Assembly (NCBI GenBank): GCA_036172245.1
Contig: JAYWIR010000001.1
Location: forward strand, 10,230,001 to 10,294,000
DNA length: 64,000 nucleotides
Source of the DNA: Raillietiella orientalis
Lineage: Eukaryota
Direction of reading: 5' to 3'
Position 1 is the first letter of the stretch; every line of letters begins with the position of its first letter. The notes under the pieces were generated by a model. That model ran no database searches. It saw nothing but the letters and a program-made list of their open reading frames with translations, and was not told the origin of the DNA. The translations under genes were made by a program, and so were the position numbers. Positions 38,145 to 51,200 of the stretch are shown piece after piece.

Positions 38145-38730
38145 TCAAGTCAGAGGGTACCCCTGGAGGGGTCCACCCTATGAATCCATGAAGGCCTTGG
38201 AGGGAGGATTCTGCTTCTTCCAAGCTTGGTATCGAACCCTGAAGGAAATTCTGTACCCTGGTTATCTTCGAAAGGAACCGGGAAAGGATACGCTCCTGAA
38301 TTTCTTTTCCGGAGGGCACTTGCAAGAGAACCGCTGAAGGGACGCTTCCAGATTTCTCTGAAGGGCTCTCCCCGAAGAAAGCAGCGCGCTTCTTGCACTC
38401 TGGAGAGTTCAGCCCCCCTCCTCTTAAGGGGTATCAACCACTGCATGGCTCAACTCCACTTTCGGCACCAGAAGGGAACCCCGAAGCGAACTGGCGCTTT
38501 CTAGTTCCTGGGAGGATCCCGGATTCTCGACTTTCAATCCCGGTCAATCAACGAGGACATCCGTTTTCCCCCATTGCAGCATCCGAAAAACTAGAGTCAT
38601 CCTGCGAAGGGACTCGAAGCCCACGACACACTCATTTCTCTGGCGATGATACTTACTTCCCCGGGTGGGATTCGAACCCTCAGCGCTTGGTATTGTGTGC
38701 GCAGACCGCGACACACGGCCGCCGACGCGG
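38145..38730 (-). mobile_element. tRNA-headed SINE-like repeat, copy 2
   Basis: B-box GGTTCGAATCC at 38678-38668, preceded by GGCCGTGTG...TACCAAGCG. Downstream body matches 27430-27680 and 28250-28385. Confidence 0.7.
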
Positions 38731-38949
38731 GCAGGTTTTCTTTATGCGCACCTCGCATAAAATCCTGTTCAGACATCCCATTTCTGGTTTCATACATGGG
38801 AATTCTGATCAAATTTCTCTTATTCTCTGAAAAAAATATTGTCTTCAGATTCTTTTTTTTTTTTCAGTGGCGGTGCAATGCACACTTGCGTAGTGTAATA
38901 TGCCGATGTTGAGAAGAAGCAAAATCCCAATGTGATCCGCAACGTCACC

Positions 38950-41900
38950 AGTCCCTAAATCAAGGAGAAGTAGGAGGAAACCCACTTGGAAATAGCTAAG
39001 AAAGAGAAGAAAGAGATCACGGATCTCGGTGAAAGCAAGCATGCTAACCTGCGTTCCGTAGAGCTGATAGTCTCTTGCATGGGTGCGGCACTCTCAATCA
39101 TTCTAAACACATCTCCGCGTGCTCGGTATGCAAAGATGCCACTAAGCCCAAGCGGCAAGGAGCCGTGTCATTCGTGGGTTGAATACCAAAAAATGCGGGA
39201 TGAGAATCAGAAGTCTGCCACACGCTGCTACGCGAAACGTTGAATCATCGTGGGTTTCAGCAGCTTGCTTCCTACCCTGTGTGCATGACAGCTGTGAAAA
39301 GGTCGCCCTATTTGCCCCCATTCGGGGATGAACGGTGTGCAGAGGTGGCGTTTCGTTCTCTCACATTCGGAGTGACCAGCTGAAGTTGCATTTTCATTTT
39401 TGACATATGTTTAGCTTCCATGTTCAGTATCCAGCGTGAGAACCCAGAAGAACGTCCACGTTTTGAACGCGTCCATTCTCCCAATCCCTCAGGAATCGCG
39501 AGCTTGTCCTTAACTTTACATCCTGATGCTTTGACGGCCCTGCACCTTTCGGCTCGGTTCTACTCCGAAAACGCTGAGCTTTCGAGAAGAGGAATTTTTT
39601 TCTCGGGTTTTGCAAACTGCAGGAGGCTTTCACCACGTGTTATGCCACCGCATCATGGAGCATATCTTATTGGTGCGGCGATGATTTCCTCATGACAGGG
39701 ACCAGCCCATCTCGACCAAGTTCCTCAAAAGACGGGCCGAGCGTGGCAGCGGCGACTCACAGCTGAATTCCTCACCTTCATCGCAGGGGTAGCGATTTCC
39801 GGTTGAGTGGGTGTTCACTGACGATATTCCCATCAACATTTTAGTGGCACGGCATCCTAGGCTTCTGTAAACGCTCTTCCGTGCGCGTCCACATCTTTTT
39901 CATCAATATGGACTACCCGGCTCCAGAGGTAATCCTCATCTCATACGAAAGAAGAGTTCGGTGTTCAAAATGGAACTACAGCACCATGAAGACAGAGAGC
40001 AGCTTAACTTCAGGCTGCAGAGGATGCATTCATCTTTCAAAAACGACACTGGTAATGAGAATCGAAAGTGACGTCTCTGGAACCGTGAAAGTTAATGCTC
40101 CTGGTAGCTCCGAGTCGGGAAACTTGTGCGAGAACTTGATCTCATTCGTCGTGTGTTCTTTTTCTTCAGCAGCGAGACCACGCCTCTATTTATTAACAGG
40201 CGACTGAGCACCCGCATTTGCTGCGGTGCTGTTTTGTTCTGGCTGAAAACAAGAGCGGAAACGGAAAAAACAAAAAGGGAAAATGCGTTTCCTCTGCGGA
40301 GGAAAACCTTCGGAAGCTGAGAGGGAACGACAAAGCATCCGAGCTTGCACAAGTGACGCGTTCGCATAACGGAAAAATGGTCGAAGGAAGTGGCAGCTGA
40401 AAGTTGGCTCTTTCACGGAGTGTTTCAGCTCGAAAACTCCAGGCCCGAGTGTGATCCGAGCGTGCTATCTGAGCGCAGTAAACGCTTTTAGGGGTGCATC
40501 GAATGAGTCCGTGTTTTTGAAGTACATCGTTGCCTGAATTGCAGCTCTCGCAGGGAGACCATGAATCCCTGCCGCCGATGTTCAGGAACGATTGATATAC
40601 CCAGAAAAGATCTTGCTGTTGCGGCACTGGAATAGGCGCACTTAGCGTAGATCAATCAGGAGGAACTGTTTAGGAAAGCTCCAGCAACACGGAGGAAGCA
40701 GGAATTCGAAGAGTCGTGTATTCTTCATCTCATGGACAAATAATGGATGGAGGTGCAGAAAATCCCTGACAACCTTTTCCTCGAAACTGCATGCGGGTGA
40801 TCTGAAGTGCAGTTTACGCGGGAAAGCTGAGAAAGCTGGATATGGGAAAGATGAGAAGCTGTTCCTTTCTATAAAGTAAGAGCTGACGGATGAGGAGAAA
40901 AAAATTCATCGACAGCTCACTAATCAACGGAAAAAGATCGAATGTCATGCCAGCCGGATGAATTTGGAGAAAAAAAGGAAACAAAAAGGCAAGAGCAAAA
41001 CAGAAAAACTTAGTTCAAACAGGAAGGCTAAGTGAACAGCTCGCTTTGCAGAATACACAGCGAATTTGTTTTGGAAATGGGAGCGCATTCCACAGTAAAC
41101 TTTCCTCCAAGGCACGTGAGCTTCCATTTTTCACCCTTGCGAGGCTCGCACGGACACGATTTCTGGGGGCTCATCGTGATAGGTTGCATTGGGACAAGCG
41201 AAAAAGGCAAGTCCAAGGATCTTATTCAAGGTCTGAAGATGATGGAAAGCAAATTTTCCAAGAAATTAGGCCCATGTGCAGATTCTGGGATCATTAAAGA
41301 GGATAGATTGCTATGGAAGGTGGTGCACGGCGTAGACGAGTTCACAGGTGAGATTTCATTAGAAGCTCTGGATGACAATTTTTTGCAGCACTACAGTATT
41401 TGGATTGCAAACACTGTAGTGGCAGCTGTTACCATGGTCACTTTTTAATCAATTTACCAAGCTGCTTCACCCTGGTTGTTCCGGATCATACATTTATATC
41501 TAAAATTACATTTCACAGAGAAGTGGCTGCCTATAGCGGCATCCCATCGCAGCCAACAGGTGTGCGGATTTGGAGGATGGAAGGCAAGAGACGAAAACAT
41601 AAAATGAAGTAGGGTGGAGTAGGATTGTTTGGCTTCATAGACTTCGGATAACCTGACTCTTGCAGGGTCTGATGCGAAGGAAGATGCATAGGTCAACGGT
41701 TTCTAATAATGCATTTCACAAGTCTGTTCTGTGCGAGGACATTGTGACCTCGGGTAATTGGCCAACACCATGTGAGATCGAATGATTTTTCGTCTTGAAG
41801 AATGGGGAAAAGAATATGCTAGAAAGGGATGTGCGTCGCAAGGAAACCTTCATACCGACCTCAGAATTGCATCTTGCAATAATAGGCTTAGTGACCCAAG

Positions 41901-43150
41901 TTTCTTCTAAATGACTTGCGTAAGAGACACACCTGCAAATACAGGTGCTCGACTGATCTGCTACTGTCACAAAGATGGCACCTCGAAAAGATAGGTATAT
42001 CTCTGAATCCGAATTACTGGATGATCAAATCCAGACGCGATACTTTCTTACCAGAAAGCAACCCTTCGGAACTTGTTCTACCAAGAGATGTTCGTGGCTT
42101 CCTGTATTTCTAAAACATTCCGAATTTTAATGAGAAACGAGACGGTGGCATGATGGCTCGCAAAAATTTCTCAGTTGACCATCTCGGTTCTTGATGGATC
42201 GTCTGTGGATAACCAGGATGCTAGAAACTGTAGGGTCTGCTGGGGAGCAGGAAAACTTGAGAATCAATTCTTATACTGCCTGCGGTTGTGACCGTTTGCG
42301 TGCCATGCATCCCCCAGTTCTGGACGGTGGTCTACCTAAAAGGAGTTGGAAGACTTGATTGGGCTGTGATTTCTAATCATTGCCGGTGGCGAAATAGGGG
42401 GGGAAAGTCAAGTTTGTTCTCCTAAAAAAGAGAAAACTTTCTCATGTATGTAGCGGAGCACACGGTCGATAATTACGAGTGCACTCGTGACAAAATCAGT
42501 TATCATCATGAAAGCAGAAAGGGTTGATGCTGCATCTCCAAATCATCGCCTTATTTCAAAACCTGCTTTTGTTCTCCCAAAAATTCCATTCGGAATCGTC
42601 CGAGAAAACTTTGGCAATCTTTGCAGCTCGGAGTGGACAGCGATCAGTCTGCATATTTCTCCTTTAGGAGCGACTCAGCTCGTCAAAGGAAAAAGGGGAG
42701 AGAGAAATCATGACAGGAATGACAATGCTTGCCCATCTTGAGAGTATAATCTCCTGCTCAATCCTCACTTCTTGACTTGGAAGTGGTGATGCTCAACTAG
42801 CCCTCTGAGGGAAAAAATAAACACTGCCTACGTTCATCATGCACCTCTTTTGTGGAAGCACTAATTTTCCTACCTGTATTTCTCCAGGGCGTTTTGGATA
42901 AGTGACTCTTCGTGCATGCGCTCATACAGACAGGGGAATGAGAAAGGATCAAATTTCTGCAAGCTTGTTACTTTGACTGCCAAGCTTCACTGGGAATCCA
43001 GTCCAATTAAGGAGCTTCCTTTCATGGAGCGCTCCAGCACATAAGTTTCTCAGATCGCGGCCACGAATCTGCACGTTCTCACAGCACTGCAGGTGTTAAG
43101 GTGTTCTTGTAAATGACTTGTTGGTGAACCACACACCTCAGCTCAACAGA
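38950..43150 (+). pseudogene. Decayed PPR-E gene relic
   Basis: WGLIVIG...KMMESKFSKKLGPCADSGIIKEDRLLW (41032-41448), ITFHREVAAYSG..GVRIW, LQGV..TLRACAHT (~42885-42930), and NFCKLVTL...IKELPFME (~42950-43030; consensus VLSACSH.G / I..MPF.P). Confidence 0.65.
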
Positions 43151-43864
43151 GTAACCAAGGTCTCAGGCGATTGCGGCAGAAGTGGGGAATTTTTGGCCAT
43201 TCACAGTGGTATCGTGAACTTTACTTGAATGTTCTTGAAATTTTCATCTTAAAAAGATAACGTGTCATGTTATGTGCACTGTGCGTACTAAAAGAGTATG
43301 TTCATAAATACAGGAATAGGAACGGGAGCAATCATGATACGAAGTGTCAGCGTCATAAACGAAGTTCAGAAGAGGTGATTGTGAGTGGTGGAGCGAGTAG
43401 AAATTTGAGTTAAGGATAGAGTCAGGCAGATGAGTCTGGCCATCGCGCGGAGACCGTGGAAGCCTGCTACGTTAAAGAGTATGGAACCAAAGATGGTAAT
43501 CTGCAGCATAGAATCCGAGTACAAGGTGTTCTACGGTTTGAGTTGGGACGAATAGTAAACTGATAATGATGGCAATAAACAGGGTGCATAGTGAAAGGGA
43601 TTTTTTTTTATTCTGAAGAGAGAGTGATGTGGTCAGATCGCTGAAATGCCTGATCATAAAAGGAGAATGGCGTTAAGAAGAGGTACTTCTATGGCACATG
43701 GTAATGAGATACTAGATGGAGGTCAGGAAAATCTAAGTTATGGGTTCACTCTTGGTTTGGTGTGGAAGAATAATTCGAAAAAGGAAGCAGATAGAAACAT
43801 TCCTAAAAGAATGAATATGATTATTTATCATTTTTACTGGAAGGACATCGACAGATGGGGATTC

Positions 43865-45130
43865 TCGTTTTATATAAAATTCTGGAAGCGCAAAGGTTCA
43901 TTCCATAACCACAGCTTTAATGGGCGCTCAACCATCTTCGGAACACACTCGTGTGTGCGCACGTGTTTTCTGCCGGTTTCTATGGAAGCTCAGAACGGAG
44001 AGAGCTGACAATAAATAAATAAAGACGGGAGGAAGGGACAAGGGTCTTTGGTACAGTATGTTTCTTGCTTCCTAACACCGACTCTGGATGGCGGCGATCT
44101 CTCTGATGACTTCTCGCAGGTGAGGCCACCTTGTAGCCGTCCTCATTAATGCAGGTGCCACGCTGGTGGCCTCCCTTCGCTGCGAACGAGACTCGAACAC
44201 ATGAAGGACTGTCACCATGGCGCGGAGGAGACAGATGGTTGCGATCATGACGTCCGGCTTCAGTCTGCCTTGAGTGAAGAAGCTCCTCGGCAAGTCGGAA
44301 GCCGGGTGGTCCTGCGGTCGACGAAGCGCCGACGCGAATCCCCTCCTTGAGGGCGCTGCAGTCGAACCGGAGATGAGGGAACGATCCCATTGCCCTGCAC
44401 CTCAAACGGTTCAGGGAACCAGGAGTCTGCATTGATTGCACCGGAATCGCCAATGCAGAAAGAGATGGACATTCCTTTTACATACGAACGGGAACTTAGA
44501 AGTGTCTACACTCAAGGAATGGACCACGAGTTCTTCGAGGGGCACAAAAATCAGGCCACTCTGCCGGAGGAGTCCCTTTGCCCGGGAACGAGTGGTGCCG
44601 TTCAGCAGCTCTCTCGTCTTGTAGTCGTCGAGGAGGTTCTCGACTCCTGCAATGCGGCAGAACAAATTCCACCGCACCGGCTGGCTTCTGCCGTTGTTTG
44701 CCTTGAGGGCAGACAGTACTGTGGCAAGGAGCGCGACGGCTATCCACGATCACTGCATCCAATCCTGCAGGAGATCTTCCAGCGGCTTGCTAGGAGATTC
44801 TGCAGTTCTCTGGGTGAACTTCCAAGGTAGGCACCCAGAACTCCAGCGTCTCTTGTCGCCAGGCACTCCAGTTTTGGAGGCGGCAGCAGATACAAGGATG
44901 AGCTACCAGAAGTGAGTGAGGACAGTTGCCTCTGGGGAAAGTCGAATCGTGATATCCTGTAACCTTCCGCACTGGCAGCGCTTCTCGTCCCGCGCATCCG
45001 GCAGCCGAGATCATATTGGCTCTCCTCCCCCGTCGTCGTGGTTGACTCCACCTCATCTTCTTTATCCTCGGCTGCTCAGACCAGGCTGTGCCGTGAAGTC
45101 TGGTCTCCTAGCTCCGCCTTGATGATCATC
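43865..45130 (-). mobile_element. Old L1-like LINE 3' fragment
   Basis: HLFLHWRFRCNQ...RCRAMGSFPHLRFDCSAL (zf-RVT-like) and SQRREATSVAPALMRTATRWPHL, homologous to 19573-19700. Confidence 0.8.
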
Positions 45131-45139
45131 TGAGCGAGT

Positions 45140-46500
45140 TCGTCATTTGGAGAGTCAGCAAAAGTGCTCCAGTCAGCCGGAGTACGCCCGTCCTTGCTGC
45201 CCAGGGCTTCTGGTAAATGTCTGTCAAACACTTGCGTGCTCACTAGAAACGCTCTGCATTTTGGCTCTATCTCTATCTACTTCTACGCCTCCATCTACTC
45301 CTGAAGTAATTTTAGGCAGCAAGCACTGAGGACTTGACCAGTGCTGCTAGCAACGTTGGTTCCATTACCGCTGTAGAATCGAACAAAAGCAGTCAGTCGG
45401 GATCGTGGTGTGACGTCATTGAAATAAAAGGGAAAGCGAAGCGAACAAGTGATACTGCTGGAATCAAGTGCAAGGACCAGCATTTCCTAATTGCAAGTCT
45501 GCTATGTCTTTGATTTCGGGAAAAGGAAAGGAAAGTTTGGCGCTTCCGAACACGCCGCACCGAGTTCTCCTATCAGTGATGAGCGTGCCAACAAGCAGCA
45601 ATGACATCCGATCTGCCAGCCAGCAAAGCCGCCGCCGTGGCCGCGCACCTCCGTGTCGCCTTGTTACCCTTTCGTTTCTTCTCCAAGGGTTTCTTAGGAT
45701 CTGTGACATTCCGCAGTCGCATCTGGAGAATGGATTACAACGCTGCTACTTACGAAAACCACCTCTGCAGCTCACTGCTAAGGATACTGCGCGTAACCCA
45801 CGAGGTCCTGTGACCGTGTTCACGAGATCTGTGACAGGAACCATCTCAAGTAGCATACTGCGTTCGATGTGGCTAGACAGAAACTCGTGCTTGTTTCAGT
45901 TGGGGCCATCTTTGAGATGAAGATGGAAACCTCCATCCTCATCACAAGGATGAAAGCCACAGGGTGTTCCACCGATGGGAATTCTCACTGGTCTCGAAGA
46001 GGCGCGTCCTGGCATGAGGTTCCCCCACTCCCACACACACACACGCATACACTCACACACACAAACGACAACGCCAATCAATGCAAACACACACTCCACT
46101 CTTCGGCGTAAGTCGCAACACCTTTGTGTGAGTGACCTTTTCCCTGTGCACCTCCCATAGCCTTCTCCAAGAACCACCTACGAAAGCTTCAAACCAAGGG
46201 CAACGGGCTCTTCTACTCTCGTTCACAAACGACGATTTCTCCAAAGGTGGAACCGCAGATCTCACCATCTCCTCATAGGAAGTGTCAGGGCATCTCTACT
46301 GAAGCGTATCTGCAAACCAATACGTACGTACCTTGGTTGAAGAGGACATTCCAGTCCTTCATATCTGCGTGTCATCTCCCTGAGCCTTCTGTGAACTCGT
46401 CAAAATTCGAGCCCTCTAGAATGGGAAGCAGCACTAAAGCTCTCGGGGAATCTCTCCGGATGGGATGCTTTACTCAATGACTGCGAGTTGACCCACTTTG
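45140..46500 (+). pseudogene. Possible decayed PPR relic
   Basis: Only weak strings: ISGKGKESLAL, AFDVARQKLVLVSVGAI and FSKGGTAD. Confidence 0.25.
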
Positions 46501-49500
46501 CCGAAAAACATCTTCTGTCTCAAAGACATCCACGCGAGATGATCTCGAAGGATTCGGAAGTTCCCAAGAATTTTCTCCTGAAACCCTTGCTTTTTTTTTT
46601 TTTTTCTCCAGAGATGCTCTAGAAGAAATCTTCGGTCATTAAGGATGCAACAGGACGGATGAAATCTGAGTCGAGCGTCACAAGGGATGAGGCAAACGCG
46701 CATATCGATCTCCACGTGCTTCTGCACACGCTAATAAAATGCGTGTTAATGCACAGGAAGGGTAAGCATTCCATCAGGGTTTCAGGATGAACGAATTTTT
46801 GCATGCATTCCGTTTCAAGTTCCTAGATTCCATTGCACGAAGGAAAAATTGCGAGAGCCTTCCTATAACGCGATGACGCTTCATTTCCTGGCACGGCGTT
46901 GGCTCAGTTGTTATTTGGGAAAAAAAAAGAAAAAAAAATGCAGGCCCATGACGTAAGCATGTTGCTTTTCCTTTTGTCTTGAAAAAAAATAAAATAAAAG
47001 GCCAAGCGAGTTGTGCACACGCACACCACGGAGCGCTCGCATACAGGGGATCATATGAACACGCATACCCCAGTGCAATGCCACCCCAAAAAGCGGCGAG
47101 CCGAGCCTTCGTATAACGCGGTGAATCCGTGCCGTACGATGATGCGGAGGATGACTGCCAATTTTTGGATAGGGTGCAGGTTCCAGAGGGTTCGAGTAGG
47201 TTGAATTCATCCTCATCTTTGGTGAATGAAACTGCGCAAGAAGATAGATTTTTCGGCAAGAAGAAGGCAGCGTTAGCTGTGAGAGTGCCAAGTAAGCACA
47301 AATGTGATATGTAAAACTGTGAAGCATGCTGCGTGCACTTGCTGGTCGTGCTGCTTTTTGGAGCCCACGTTTCAGAACGATTACGTCGAAGATCCCTGCC
47401 CTGCGGACGTACCTGAAGAATTGCCAATGCGAATGTGGGGAGATTTTCGCTACTGTAGGAAGAAAGCAGATTTTTTTCATCGCTGCGAAGGTCTTTGTGT
47501 GGATCTGATGATATGTTCCTCCTTCCTGCTGGCACGCTTTATCAATCGAAAATGGAATACCCACAGAAATACCAAGATACGTTTCCAACATCCTCTGAGG
47601 AAGATGAAGAACTCCAGGAGTGTTGCAACAGCACTTTCAATAGTTCTGGAATTTTTCTTGGGCATCTTCAAAGCCGTGGATGGAGTGTGAAAGAGGCGGG
47701 TGTTCCGGAGTGTTTGAAATATGAGGACCTATTTAAATGCAATGTTCTTTTCCCTGGTGGAGTTCCTCTTTTGAAAGGTCACAGTAATAGCCATCACTAC
47801 CACATCGTGTTTGGGCAAGTGCTGGTTGAAATCAACACTTCGGCGTCTACCAAGACAGATCGCAACGTAAACAGCACAGCACAGCCGGAATTTGCGTCCA
47901 TCTGACGCGGCAATAAGGGAGAGGCATCCACGAAACTCCATTTCCACTCGGAATGTCCAAAAAAAAGGATTTGAAATAACAAGTTACATGGTCTGTTGGG
48001 TTGCACCACTCCAGTTTTCCCACAATGAGGGATGTCTCGCACGATTCTTCCAGAAGGATGGAAGACGTCGGAGGACGCTAGGGTCCACAGTGACCGCAGA
48101 GGAGAGTTCGAAAGGCATCTCATGGAAGATGTAATGACAAATGCGAAAGCCTTATCTCGCTAAGGAGGAGGAAACCTCGGCATTCTCCCTTCAAGAGAAA
48201 GACAATCCGTTTGAACTGACGCGATGCCAGCTGTAAGCGGAAACCAAAGTCAGGCATTTCAGAGTCAGCATCCTTAGCTTTCACTGCATCCTTAAAGTGC
48301 AAATTCGTGCCAGGAACATCTCTGCCCCTCTTGAAACTCGACAACAAAAAGAAACATATCATTTGAGATTTAGGAGGCTTCAGGCAGAAAACGCTAGGAA
48401 AGCGCAAAAATGCGGGTGTCCCGAGTTTGTAGATTAAAGTTAATAGATTTCGGATCGAGTGAAGTCGGGCCATCTGCTTGTGAGGGAAGAAATTCTTAGG
48501 GATGTATCTAAGGCTCCGCAACCTGCTCACACGCTGCAAAATACTTTGAAGATGCTTGACAGGAAATGAGTACAGTCATGGATGCGATTTCTCTAGAGCT
48601 CTCTCAAAGAGAAGCTCATAAGTTTAACTTTTCTGACGCTTAACAGAGGTCCTCAAGCATTCAAGATGAAACGAAGAACTTCTGGACTTTCATGCCACTG
48701 AGATAGAATAGGAATTTTCTCTGCCATGCCCTCGACGCCAGATATTACAGGAACGATGTGCGTGCTGCAGCAGTTTCATTTCTCATGCCATCTAGTAAAA
48801 GGAAAGTTCTTCAAGGCTTCTTGAGAATCTTGCATCTTTGGCAAAGTTGGAATTCAAATGTACCCTTGTAGTGTGTTGCATACGATTCCACCCTCCGCCA
48901 CCCCTATCTTACATGAGGTGAGCACGCACTTCACTGACATCCGTCTCTGGAGCATGGCATCAAAAAACTTGGAAAGCCGAAAGCATCCGTGTAGCAGAAG
49001 CGTTCGCGGTGGCAGGGTCAGCATGAGAAACACCTTGATCCAAGTTCCCATTTTGAAGCATCATGCCCCCTCGTCAGCAGGAACCTTCGGGACATGACAG
49101 ATCCCTTGCAGGAACGTCCTTGGACGTCTCAGCTGTACTTGAAGCGCTTTCAATATTCCATGCTTGAGTGATGTCTCATTCCTCGAGTTATCTTCAGGCA
49201 TGGCGGCTTCATAGGAGCGCAGGCGCTAATGCAAATATCGGGATGCAAAATGATATTTTCTTGACACGGCTGAAGGTGCGCGGAGCATTAGAGGAAGGAA
49301 GTGGAACCTTGTCAGATTCCCGTAACTGGCATCTGCATTCCGCCTCCGTTGAGGCAAAAATTCGATACGCAGAAGGGTAAACAAATCGTGAAAAAATCAA
49401 GCAGAAGAAGAAATGAATTTCAGAAAGCCGCTTGCGCAATACTTCAGTTTCTGTGCAAACTCACCAAACCATCATCACCGATTCTCATCCAATCGATTTC

Positions 49501-50943
49501 CATTGTAATTATGTGTAGCTGTAGTGTTCTTCATGGAGGCAATTTTTTTTTTTTTTTTTTAGTAACATGAAGTATAAAATAGTCGTTCCCATTATTATGG
49601 CGTATTGAAAATTCGAATTTGCGTTTCCCATTCCTACCGCATATTTGCATGCGAATGTTTGCAAGATATTTTCCAGCATGAGCGGCCTTCGTTTTGGTAC
49701 TGCAGCTCGGATGAAATCTCCTGGAAATGGACGTAGTAGATCTGACTTTAAAGGAGCGCATTCTTTCAAAACCCAGAGGGAAGGAGATTTCGAGATCTGG
49801 GACAGTTCCCTAGACAATTATGTGTTGCTATTGTGCTTTCAATGGAAGCCATCTTTTTCTTTCTTTCTTCTCTTTTGATTGTCCATAAAAATTCTCCTAG
49901 AATGCAAGCTTCAACAGCACAAATGTTTTCAATGGAATCCGAATAAAAAAATTGCTTTTCGATTTTGATCTTCGCTCAGATTAGCAAACGAAAGAATTCC
50001 AAAATAGAGTACAAGACTTTCTTTTTCTTACGCTCCTCAATTTGAGTACCGCCAAGGCAGGCACTAGCATTCCTCAATGGATCGGTCCATTCCAAGCCTT
50101 TCTGAAAGACAAGAACGCACGAAGTTCTTCCCACAGCAAGTATTCACTCTGTCCTCCGAGGATGACGGTTGCTTTCCTCATTCATTAAATTTGCAAAGAC
50201 TAAATGCTTCTTGAGCTGTCTTGATTTGGTGTGACCGAACGCAACTGCTATCTCTCTAATGAATGTCTTCCTTAAACCTAATGAGCTTTAGGCAGCTTCC
50301 AAACTAATTTGCTAATTGAAGACGATATCGACATTACCAGGTATAAATTATTGTTTGAGAGTCAACGCACTGTGCTGACTCGGCCTGACCTCCTGAATGC
50401 AAGTCGGAAACCAATTTTTGATACTTCCAGAAAAAAGCAAAACAGACGAAGGGTTTCGCAAACGCAGAAGGATCAACTGAAGCTACTCTTCGGGATGATG
50501 CGGATTGGTGGACACCCAATTAGGCATTTTTTGATACTGCAAGTTTCGACTTGTTTTTTGATATCTGCAAGGCAACTCAGGGTGGGTTTATGTTGTCACG
50601 TATAGAAGAGGACAGCTGATTGCATTCTTCTCAGATGAAATCCTTCGGGCTGATTTGAACCTTGTTCTGGAATTCTAGAAAGTACTCTTCTGGTTCAGAA
50701 CCTCCACATGTGATCTCGAATTTCTGCTTTTGTTTGCGTTTGCCTTTTTAATGGATGTATTGCTAACTGCAGCAAATGAATGGGAGCTCATATAATCTTG
50801 GGAATCTCTTGGCTAAGGCTTTCGTTTCCAGACAGCTGTCAACATGTGATTGCCCGTTATTAGCTTCCCAGCTGAGCCTTGTTAGCAGGTCTTCAGACTT
50901 TTTCAGGACATTGTATTTTGTTTGTAAGCAGCAAACGTGTTCT

Positions 50944-50967
50944 GTGTGTGTGTGTGTGTGTGTGTGT
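50944..50967. repeat. (TG)n microsatellite
   Basis: About 12 uninterrupted TG units, followed by a T-run. Confidence 0.9.
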
Positions 50968-51200
50968 TTTTTTTTCTTTTTGAAATGTCTCTATGACTCA
51001 ATACTGGATCAAACCTTATTTCTTTATTGCTCTTGCACTCAGTTCTCCAAAATGCACTGTACGTTGTTTTCATTCAAAGGGTATTCTCAAGTGCACTCTA
51101 GGTGTTTTAGTACCCCTCGCGCTTGAAGTTTCCGTGCTAGTGCTTACACATGTCTAGAACATGGGCTGTAATCAGTATTGCTTACTGTCTGCCGCGTGCA

